From positions 32,001 through 96,000 of the IMG/VR virus record IMGVR_UViG_3300045594_000116: a DNA stretch of 64,000 bases; one strand, written 5' to 3'. Each line of letters opens with the position of its first letter. The stretch's first letter is position 1. Positions 39,916 through 51,900 of this stretch are shown here, one piece after another. The notes beneath the pieces are model-generated. The model was given only the letters and a program-made list of their open reading frames with translations. It was not told the DNA's origin and did not search any database. The DNA is from a virus. Its lineage: Duplodnaviria > Caudoviricetes. The translations under genes and the position numbers were made by a program.

Positions 39916-42900
39916 ATGCTTGCAATAGTAAAGAACTATATGAAGAATATTCCTAAATCTATTGCATATGCTACAGTAGATACTATAACTTCTAAGTCGG
40001 CTACATTACACGATTTTAGTGAACGTAACCAAGATCTGTATAAGAGCACTTATCACGCTATAAGAGATTATAGAACAACGATTGATAAGACTAAGAAGGC
40101 CATTCAGTCGTCTCCGATCTATAGGGCCGGAGACTTAGCGTTTAACAATGCTATGGAAGATATCCGTACGGGTAATTTCTATAACAAAGAACGCGAAAAC
40201 AAAATGGAAGAGGAAGCTGTAGGAGACTTTGGATTAGATGAGTTTGGCGAAGGTATAAACCTTGGTAACGAGGAGGGAAAACCTGAGGGTGATAAATCCC
40301 AGGTAGCACCTCCTTCACTTGGCGATAAGATGGTATGCTCCTCAATTGGAGATGCCGCAAAAGCTAATGCAACAGCAGTAGCAACTGCTGTTGGTAAAAC
40401 CGGTAAATACATAGCCGATACTCAGAAGTCTATAGCCAATATGCAGTATGTCCAGAATGCCCAAATGATGGGTGTTATGCAGACAGGATTCGGAAATATT
40501 TCTTCTGGATTACAAACTATATATACTACTACGGCAGGTTTGCTTAAAACTCAAGCTGATAACTCTAAGACATTCTATGAGACTACTACCAGAGCCCTTA
40601 ATGAACAGAATGCCATGATCAAAGAAATGCTTGAGATGCAAAGAGAGCGTTATAAGAAAGAGCAGGAGAAAGAAAAGCCTCATTCTAATAACTACTCGGA
40701 TATCATCTCAGCATCTGGCGCACCTGATCTTAAGATGTATGGTAAAGTTGTTCTTGAGAATGTAAAGAAGTTAGCTAATGAGAAGAGTATGGGTATCGCA
40801 TCGATGCTCGATGAAAATACTCTTAAAGCAATGGCTGCTAATCCATTAGGTGGTATCATTTCCCTTGGAATTAATGCTGCTATGGGTAATCATCTTAGCA
40901 AAGCAATGGAAAGATTTGACAAGACTCTTAGCGGAGTTTTCGGCAATTTCATTTCTAGAATGAATGCTGAAGCTAAGAAAGGAGACGGGCTAGCCGGTAT
41001 ACTCGGTAAGATCTTCGGGATCAAATCAACAGTAAAGACCACGTTGGATACGTCTAAATACGAAAAAGGAAATATGTCTTGGAATGGTAAGGCTAATAAA
41101 GCTCTTACCGAAGTAATTCCTGGATATCTTGCTAGAATTGAATCGGCTCTTACCGGTAAGGAAGAGAGACGTTATGATTTAGATAGTGGTAAATGGAAAT
41201 CTGTTCGGGCTATTAGAACCGAATGGAAAGCTAACCAGAAAAAGTATGTCACTGATTCTACCAGTGATGTACGTGAAGAAATGAAGAAGCTCATGAAAGG
41301 TATGCGTTTTAAGACGCTTGATAAGAAGAAAGGATTCGATGAGGATCTTGATAACTTCTTTGAAGCGTTGTATAACAATTACGGCGAATTCAATGAGCAC
41401 AATAATAAGGCTAATAAGAGCGATTATGGAGTATCCAGTAGCCAGAATTTCAAGATGATTCGGGAGATGTTCAAGAAGCTTCCGAAAAATGTGAGATCTC
41501 AGATTGCTGGTAACACTCTTAATGCAAGAGCATCGCAAGATACTACTAATAGAGCACATGAGAAGGCTGGTAATGCTGCATACAACGTTGTTTTCGATGA
41601 ATCTAATATGGGTTCTATCAATGAATTCAATGAGAAAACAGGTGAGCTTAAAAAGAATCTCGGATTGCTGAGTTCAATGAACTTGAACGTCATGAAGGAT
41701 TCTTATAAGCATACGGTATTTGATTATCTTAGAGATATCTCTGAGACATTGAAGAATATTCGTACCTTGTCTGAACGTGGTGGATTCGGTGGAGGCGGAG
41801 GAAATGGCCACGGTCATGGACGTAATCGTCGTCCTCGTTATAATTGGGATGAGATTAATAAGAATAATCGAGGTCCTAGAGAAGAGTCTAGAACTGAGAG
41901 AGATCAGGATAGAGAGGCTAGAAAACGTCAGCACTATTTAGATAGTGCAAAGGAAGGCGAATTTCAGTTTGATGATGATTCTTCCATGGGAAGATTCAAT
42001 ACAATTATCACTGCTAATGCATCTGCTAGAGATGCTAAACAGGCAGAGGATGATAGGACTAAAGGTAATTTTATCGATAGAGCTTTAGGCAGAAGAGCTA
42101 GGAATGCTAATGGCGATAAGAAAAGCTTATCGGCAAGATTGGCTGCTGCTGGATCTATATTTGATAAAGTTGATGTAATTGCTGATCAGCTTGCAGACTT
42201 TGCTAAGAAACCAACAGAGATGTTGGCAGGCGTGGTAGAGGCAGCAGATCAGCATGTTTATGATCTCTTCTTCTCCAAGGATTCTAATGAGGTTGATCCT
42301 GAAACAGGTGAACGTGCTCATGGTATGTTCGGCTATATGAAGATTCAGCTTAAGAAGACTTTCTCGGATGCAAATAAGTGGATCAAAGAAAAGATTACTG
42401 ATAAACTTAAAGAAAAGTATGGAGCAGATTCCATGCTTGGCGTTGCGAATAATGCCTTTAAGAAATATACCGGCATAGATGTCGGAGAAAAAATGAAGTC
42501 CCTTAAGACTAGCATTGTCGGAGATGGACAGGGCCAGAAAGGCTTACTCTCTCCTGTACTTGATGGAATCACTGATTCCCTTAAGAAAGCTTTAGTCGAG
42601 ATGAAAGAGGATGTAAAATCTACTGCAGAAGAAGCTAGACAAGCTGCAATGGATGCTATGAACGATGATGTAACCGTAGGCCAGAGGGCAAATGGTGGTT
42701 TCGTTCCTAGAACTGGTTTGTACATGCTGTCTAAGGGTGAGGCTGTTGTCAACTCTGAAGATAATCCGTATAATCCTAATAAAAATGCTAATGTAAATGC
42801 TGATGCTAAACGCGAACAGTCTATGATGGTTAAATTGCGTAAGCAATTTCCTAACGTAGATATCGTTGATGGTAATTACGCTAAAGGCACAAATCCTTTT

Positions 42901-45900
42901 AAGGATAAATATAAGAAAGAACAGCATAAGATAAGAAAGGCTAAGTTTAATCTTGACAGGGTAAATGGCCTACGAGATAAATACAAAGATCAACTTTCTG
43001 CATTTATGGGCTCCTTTATGGGCGAAGGTAAATCAGAAGATTCTGGTAAGATGAATCTTAAGGATGCTAAGTCCATTCTTCGTAGTGCAGCTAAAGGTGC
43101 TGGAAATTTCTCTGCAGAGACTATCGCTAAAGCAAAAGCTTTAGTAGATGCTGAGCAGAGTGAAAGAATCAATACCAGATCGGTTCAGTTTGCTGACTCT
43201 ATCTTAGGTAATGGAGACTTTAAGAAAACAAGACTGCAGATGGACAAAGCTAAATCTGCAATCATGAAACTCACCCCTAAAGTAGCAGGTGGAGCAGCTG
43301 TCGGTACGGCTGCTGGATTTGTACTTGGTGGTCCTCTTGTCGGTGCTGTATTAGGTTCTGCTACCGCTATTGCTATGAATAGCAAAACGGTAAATGAATT
43401 CTTATTCGGTAAAGTTGGGCAGGATGGAAAGAACGATAATAAAGGTATCTTCTCTGGTAAAACTCAGGAGTCTATCAAAAAATGGTTCCCAGATGCTAAG
43501 AAATACGGCATCACAGGAGGTGTCCTTGGGCTGATTGGGCCGTTTGGACCACTTACTGGTGTAATGTTAGGGTCAGCCATTGGATTCGCTAAACACAACG
43601 ATACTATCAAGAATGCTCTCTTTGGAGAGACCGGCCTTATTAATAAAGGAACTAAACAGAAACTCAAGAAAGCTCTTCCTGCAATGGGAATGGGTGCTGC
43701 TGCTGGTAATGTAGCAGGCTTATTACTTGGTGGGCCTTTCGGTTTATTAGGTAACTCTGTTATCGGCGCTGGCGTTGGAATGCTTGCATCTACTGACCAG
43801 TTCAAAGACACGGTATTCGGTAAAGACGATGGACACGGTCATAGAACTGGCGGCCTCGTTGGTGAGTTTAGAAATGCAGTTTTGAATCCATTTAAGGGCG
43901 GAGTAAAACGCGTTGTAGATAGATTTGGAAGATATCTTTCAGAAGATATCGTTAAGCCTGTAACTAGTGCTATGGCTCCTCTTGGTAAGGTTCTTGAACT
44001 TTCTATCAAGAAAATGGCTAGTGGAATTTCTAGTGTTGTAGGCGGAACTATAAAGAAAGTCCTCTCTCCTGTAACTGATGCAGCCACTCACTATTTCAAG
44101 AAGTTCTTCCTGAATAGCTGGGTAGGTAAGAAAGTAACAGAGGGAGCTAAACTTATTGGCGGTGGATTACTCAAAGTTGCATCTGCACCATCTTGGCTTA
44201 TCGGTAAAGTTGGAGATAAGGCTCGTGGATCTCTTATTAAGTCTGGTAATGCTGATTTCATGTCTGCAGAACAAAGACTTGCATTCGCCGATAAACATGG
44301 CATCAAAGACTATTCATTCTCTGGTCTTGATCAGTCTCTTGCTAATACTGATGCAAAGGGTGCAGAATCCTTAGCAGAACAGTTAAAGCTTATGCGTAAT
44401 AATGGTGAAGGGCTTGAGGATTCTCTTGCTACTTCTAGAGCTAACATGCGTAAAGATGTTCAAAGCAATGGTTCAATAGATAACTTTACTTACCGTAAGA
44501 TTGAGAAGCTTATGGAAGCTGGTAAGTATAAAGAAGCTATAGACTACGTTCAGTCTATGAAAAATATTACTTCTACAGAGAAAATGCGTATTATCAATGC
44601 GCTCAAATCTGGTCAGAAAGAAGTAGCTAAGAAGAGAAATGCAGCTGAAGCTGGTCGTACCAATATTCAAGCTGGCTATGAGAAATTATCTAAGCAGTAT
44701 GGCTTAGATATTACTGGCGATAATGCTAAGAAAATAGAAGCCCTTGCTCGTAAAGAAGCAGAGGCTAAGAGAAAAGATGAAGGTAATGGAAACACCGTAG
44801 AAGGTGAAGCAGCTGATGGTAGCGGTAGCTTAGTTACGGCTATGAATACTAATACTATAGAAACTGTGAATATCCTTACTGAGATTAATAAGAATCTTCA
44901 GGCATTCCTTAATGGAACCAAACCTGGAAATGCTGGTGCTGCATCTGAAAACAGAGCAGCTGCAAATGCTGATAAGACATTTGACCATGGCAATGATAAG
45001 ATAAATCAAAGAGCAGCATCATTAAATGGTGCACTTGAAGATAAGATGTTTGCATTGAATCAGAAGAATGGTTCAATGGTTAGAGCTAATATCTCTGATG
45101 AAAACATCTATAAACTTGCCGATAGCCGTTCTAGAGATGGCAAGAAGAAAGATAGAATGTCTAAACTCAATAAGATTATTGACAGAGGAATCAATCTTAC
45201 TGATACTATCAATATGATTCTTGGTCTTGATGACCCAGAATTTAAAATCATAACGGATTTCTTCGATACCGGTATGAATATGAATGCAACTGAACTTGCT
45301 GAATTCATTGGTGTATGCCATGATGATCGCATCATCGGTTGCGTAAAAGATTTCATTAAAGAAGGTATTCCATTTGAGCATCTTGCTTGGATGAAGAACT
45401 GTGATAATGAAATGAGACGTATGATTATTCAGTTGCATAAAGAGGCTTTGCCTAATGCTACTGCTGATCAGTTATATGCTGTATCTGGTAAATATGGCAC
45501 TATCATCAGTAATGCTAGAAATGGCATGAATGAAGATGAGATCACTAGATCCATCGGTAAGAAGCGTGGTGCCGATCTCAAGCGTGATACCAAAGCATTT
45601 GGTAATCAGGAAGCTTCTGATGTCTCTAAACGCAATAAAATGAATGTAGCATCTGATGCTATGAATAAAGCTGGTAAAGCTACAAATGGTGCTATTGATT
45701 CTATTGGTAATGCCACTATGGCTCCAATTAATCAAGCTAGAGGATTTTTACATACTTCAGCTGCAACTCAGGATGCTAGAAATAGTAGAGCTGCTTCTGA
45801 ACGTGCTGCAAATATAGATAAAGGAAATAATGCTTCTCTTAAAGAAGAGCAGAAAATGATAGAGCAGGCTAATAAGGGCCGTGCCGAAATAGAAAAGAAT

Positions 45901-48900
45901 AGCAAGGAAGCAGTTCCCGTTGGAGCGCATGCTTTTGGCCTTGCTAATTTGATTAGCGGAGGAATGAGTGTTCTCTCTAAAGGTGAGCAGATTCTTTCTC
46001 CTGTTACTAAGGTTCTTAAGAAAGGCTATAATGGCTATCAGAAAGCTAAGAGTATAGCTAATAAGTTTGCTCATCCGATTGACACAGCAATGGGATATGG
46101 CAAGAAGAAATGGAATAAAGCCTATAATGAAGCTAAAGCTATGCAGGCTGCTAAGAACGGTGGAGCCAGTGCTGGTTCTGCTGGTGGAGCTTCTACAGAA
46201 ACTGTAAGTACAGAGTTCGGACCTCAAACTTACACTAGGACTACTGACGGGTCGATGTCATTAGCCAATACGAAAGAGAATAAAGATATCCAGGATAAGA
46301 TGGCTCATAAAGAGGAAATGCAAGAAGAGATTGTTGCTAAACTCGAAGAGATTGCTGATAATACTGGAAATCCTCAGGGTGGTGGAGAACCACAGGGAAA
46401 GAAAAGCGGTGGATTCCTTTCTACGCTTCTTGCTTTACTTGGCGGGTTGCTCTCTATGCTGAATCCATTATCACTTGCTAAGAAACTTTTCTCGATCTTG
46501 AGATCGGTTGGCGGTAAGTTATTTGGAACTATTCTCAAAGATATCCTTCCGGCTATTCTTAAGAGATTCCCTATGCTTGGAAAACTCTTAGGTGGTTTAT
46601 TCTCTGGTGGCGGTGCTGGTGGATTATTCAGCGGCATTAAAGGCCTTGGCGGAAAAGCCCTTGGATGGCTTTCTGACAAAGCTATGATAGCTAAAGACGT
46701 AGCTGGAGGTACACTTAAAGCTATGGGTGGTCTTGCCCTTGACGCAGGCGGTAAAGCATTGAGCTGGGGTAAAGATAAGTTAGGTGGAATACTTGGAGGA
46801 GCAGGCAGAGGCCTAAGTAAACTCGGCGGAAAGATCGGTGGTATCTTTGGCGGAGGATCTTCTTCTGGCGGTGGATTCCTTGGAAAGTTAAAAGGAAAAG
46901 CTGGATCATTGCTTGGAGCTGCTAAAGGAATTGGCGGCAAAGCACTAGGTATGGCTCCTGGACTTGCTAAAGGAGCTGCTGGCCTTATGGTCGGTGGCGG
47001 AATGATAGATGGTATTAAATCTCTTACGTGTACTGCTTTGGATTGGGTTAAGAGCCAGATCTTTGGCGGTGATAGTGGAGATGGTAGCTCAGACGGCAAT
47101 GAGTCTAATGGTGGTGGCGGAGGTTTATTCAATACTGCTATGGATTATGGTGGTAAAGCCGTAGATTGGGCTAGAGATAAAGCTGGTAAAGCTGCTGGTT
47201 GGGTTGGAGATAAAGCTAGTGGCCTCTGGAATGGAGCTAAATCTGTAGCTGGTAAAGCTGCTGGTTGGGTTGGAGATAAAGCATCCGCAATCAAGAATGC
47301 TGGTTCTAAAGCAGTAGATTGGGGACTTAGCCATATAGAGGGTGCTAAAGGCGCAGCTCTTAAAGGATGGCAAGGTATAAAAGGCGTCGCTAGTAGTGCT
47401 ATGGATGCTGGTAGCTCTTTCATGAGCAAAGCAGCTGATGCTGGAAGCGGTGTAATAGAGGCAGTTAAGAATAGAGTAAGTGGCTTACTTAAGACTATTG
47501 GTAACTATGCTGCTAAGATGATTCCTAAGAATATTGCCGGTAAGTTGAGCACTGTTCTTGATAAGATCATGGAAAAGGTTACTAATCCTCAGAACGCTGC
47601 TAAGCTGGCTGAGAAGATTGGTATCAAACAAGGATTTACTGCGGCTGAAGCCGGAGCAGGTCCAGAAACTCTTGGGGTTGGTACGCTTGTTGTAGGTGCT
47701 GCCGAAATTGGTTTCTGGTTCACTAAAGGTTATAACAATGCATCTGAAGATTTCGATCTGAAAGATGGTGTAGAACCAACTACAGGAATGAAGTTCGCAT
47801 CTGGTTTGGCTGAGGCTGTAACAGGCGCTACTCCTATTGGCTACGTTCTTGATGGTAAAGATGTTATCGATATCGTCCAAGACATAATGGGTTCTGATAT
47901 TGGAGCCAGCAATAAAGATGTCAACAGTGCTAACCAAAGCAATGATGGCGCTCAGCAACAGATGAGCGGCGGTAATGATAGCAATGGGGGCGACGGTGGA
48001 GATGATGATAACAAGTCTTGGTTCGATAAAGCGAAAGACTTTGCAGCTAATGCAGCTAGTTCTGCTAAGAATGCGGTCGTAGGTGCTTATGATTGGGCTA
48101 AAGATAAAGTATCTGGTATCGCTTCCGTTATAAAGAATAGATTCGGTAGTGGTAAATGGGGTAGAGGTGCTGGAGATTTCTACTCTCAGTTAGATCCATC
48201 CGTAGCAGGAATGCGTTTCAACGCTCCTGGTGATACTGTAACCCAGACCATTGGTGATTCTGCTTGTGGTCCTGCTTCTATGCTTAATATGGCCTCTGCT
48301 CTTGGTAAAGGCAAATGGGGTAGAAGCAAGTGGGGTAGAGGTGCTTCAGATCTTGTAGCTGCCGCTAAAGATGCCCTTCCTTTCAAAGAAAAAGATGGCG
48401 GTGTCCATCCTGATTACTTTAGAAAAGAAGGAGAAAAGTTAGGTATTCATACTGAGAATATCGGAGTTTCTAATATGGATGCTGCCGTAGATGCAGGTAA
48501 ACCTGTCATCTTAATGGGTAGAGATTCTAATAATAATGGTACTGGTAACACTCCTGGTGTATATGGCCCTTACAACCATTATATCACCGTTACTGGTAAA
48601 GATAAGAAAGGTAATTACATTACACAAGATCCTGAGGGTAACCCGAATCAGAGTGTATCTAAGAATTATCTTAAAGCTCATAGCTCACTTGCTATTGCTG
48701 GTTCTACTGGTAGAGGCAAATGGGGTAGAGCTAAAGCCATGATCGCTAGTGCTGCTAGAAGAGCTAAACTTGGATTTGGCCGTAGCAAATGGGGTCGTGG
48801 TACCGATAATGCTGAAACTATCTGGAACTTGCTTACTACGCAGTATGGCTTGTCTAATCAGGCAGCTGCTGGTATCATGGGTAATATGCAGCAGGAATCA

Positions 48901-51900
48901 GGATTTGATCCGCATGCCGTTCAGGATGGAGGATCTGCTGATGAACCCCCAGATTCTTGCTTGAATGCGGCAGATGGTTCAAATGCATACGGATTGTGCC
49001 AGTGGACTGGATCTAGACTTAGAGCAATGAACGATTTTGCTAAGAGTCAAGGTAAGTCTGCCGGAGATATAGAAGTTCAGTTAGCATTCATGAAGCAGGA
49101 AGCAGGAGATACCTGGAATACGATATCTAATGCTGGAACTGCTGAAGAAGCTGCTACTATTTGGGCTAGAGAATTCGAGCGTTGCGGAATAGATGGTAGT
49201 CGTGTAGCGTATGCTACAGATATCTTCGCTAAGCAGGGCAAAGGAATTACAAATAAGAGCACCCCTTCTGGTAATCAGAATGGTAATAGTAGCGGTGGTA
49301 ATCAGAAGGACTATTCTGGTCTTTATGGTAAAATCGCTAAGATACAGGATGCTTTGTCATCAGCATTCGACTTTGGAGAGAAGAAGCCGGATAACAAAAA
49401 TGGCAATAAGCCTGGTGGTCTGAACGTAACAGGAGACGTTAAGTACGCTGTTCTTAAAGATCTTTCTAAATTCATCAATGGTGGAGATCCTAAAATTGCA
49501 GCTGGTGCACAGGTAGCTATGAAGACTTCACAGCTTACTGGACTGCCGGCAGATCTGATATTCGCACAGATGGTCAATGAATCAGGTTGGTTCAAGAGCG
49601 CGGTTGCAGAAGCAGATCATAACTATGGTGGTATTAAAGCGTATGGTGATGCTAAACGTGGTAGTGCCGCTGATGATGGTGAATACTATCGTCACTTTGA
49701 TAGCGATGAAGAGTATGCACAATACTATGCAACCACCCTTAAGAAATATGAAGAGGATGGTATAGGGCAAGCAGATACTCCAGAAAAATTCGCTCATGCA
49801 TTGAAGGCTGGTGGATATTATGCTGGAGATGAAACTGATTATGCTAATACAATGCGTGGCATTCTTAATGGCGGTGGTGGCAAATGGGGAAGAGGCAGAC
49901 GCTCACTTCCTATAGGTACTACAGCTAAGTATGGCAGAGGATTCTTTAGCAGTATTGCAGATTTCATCAATAATCGTAAGCCTGCGGCAGCTGATGATAG
50001 CGAGCAGGGCTCTGAATATACAGATACCAAGCCAAATCCTAACGGAGATAGTGGCGGGGATGATAGTTCATCTTCTAGCGACGACAGTAGCAGTAGTGAT
50101 GATAGTAGCAAAGACAAAGATGGAAAAGATAAAGATAAGAAAAAGGACGATAAGAACAAAAAGCCTGATTCGAACTCTGAGGATATTGGCGATGGTGGTA
50201 TGCTTGATAAAATCGGCACTACTGCAGAAACCATGGCAAAGAGCCTTCACGATACAATAGCCCCAATAATTAAATCTATTGGCGGATTGGCCACTAAAAT
50301 ATTTGGTAGTAACATTACCAAGATCTTTGGTAAGACTAATCCATTTGAAAAACAATTTAGTTCTGGTAGTGAGAGTAGCAACAAAGATGGAGATAACAAA
50401 TCCGGCAACAAGGATTCTAAAGGAAAGCAGCTGCCTGGTGTTAAAGTAGCTGGAAATCCGGTAGAAATGTTGACCAGTAATCTGCATGCTCCTGTTACCT
50501 CTGACTATGGAGCCACCGATGGGCGTCCTGATGCAGGAGCACATGGTGGTGTAGATATAGGAGCTGAGCAAGGCACTCCGGTTCCATCCACTGTATCTGG
50601 TACTGCTACATGGGTACCGCCAGCGGGTTCCGGTGGTGGCGGATATGGTAATGCCGTCCAGGTAAAGGATTCTAAAGGAAACTTCCATATGTTTGCTCAT
50701 ATGGATTCACAGGCTGTATCACAAGGACAAACAGTCGCTAAAGGAGATATTCTTGGATATGTAGGAAGTACAGGCATATCTACAGGACCGCATCTTCACT
50801 ATGAGATAGACCCTCCAGAAAATGAAAATGCTGTTAAGAGGGGTGAACACATTGATCCTAATAGTTATTCAGTAGAAGGATTGGGGAAGTGGGGTTTAGG
50901 TGCAAGACCTAAGCATAGTGGATATGCGGATGTCGACAGCAAGCATCCTATGTCTAAAAAAATAATGCAGATTTCTGATGCCGCAAGTATACTCTCTCAC
51001 AAACAAGTTCATGAAGCTGCTAAAAGCGCTGGATTGGCTGCTAGTGGTAAATGGGGTAGAGGCATTGGCAGTTGGCTGAAGCGCGTAGGCGGAAGTGTAA
51101 GAGACTTTGCAGTTCATAGCGTTAGAAGTATCGGAGGATTCTTATCTGGCGATGCTAACGACGATACAGCTAAAACAGATGTTCCGACGGAGAAAGAAGT
51201 AGCTCCAAATGGAAAGAATTACGAAACTAATGATGTCAAATATCTGACTGATAAAGGATATACTAGAGAGGATGCTCTCAAGTTCCTCGCTACAGATCCT
51301 AAATATGCTGGCAAGGCTGGCGATGATATAGCTCCAAATGGTACTAAATATTCTGAGAATGATATTAAGTATTTGCTGAGCAAAGGATACACTAGAGCGG
51401 ATGCTCTCAAGTTCCTCGCTACAGATCCTAAGTATGCTAAAGCAGCAGGCAAGGGTAAGTGGGGTCGTGGTGGAATCGGAAGTTGGTTCCATCGTATTAC
51501 TACGAGCGTTGGAGACTTTGTGTCTCATGGCGTAAAGAGTATAGGTGGTTTCTTATCTGGTGATGCTAAAGCCGATACAACTAAAACAGATGTTCCAACT
51601 GAGAAAGAAGTAGCTCCAAATGGAAAGAACTACGAAACTAATGATGTCAAATATTTGACTGATAAAGGATATAGTAGAGAAGATGCTCTCAAGTTCCTCG
51701 CTACAGATCCTAAATATGCTGGTAAAGCCGGCGATGATACAGCTCCAAATGGTACTAAGTATTCTGAGAATGATATTAAGTATCTTTTGAGTAAAGGATA
51801 CACTAGAGCGGATGCTCTTAAGTTCCTCGCTACAGATCCTAAATATGCTAAAGCTTCTGGTAAGGGTAAGTGGGGTCGTGGTGGAATCGGAAGTTGGTTC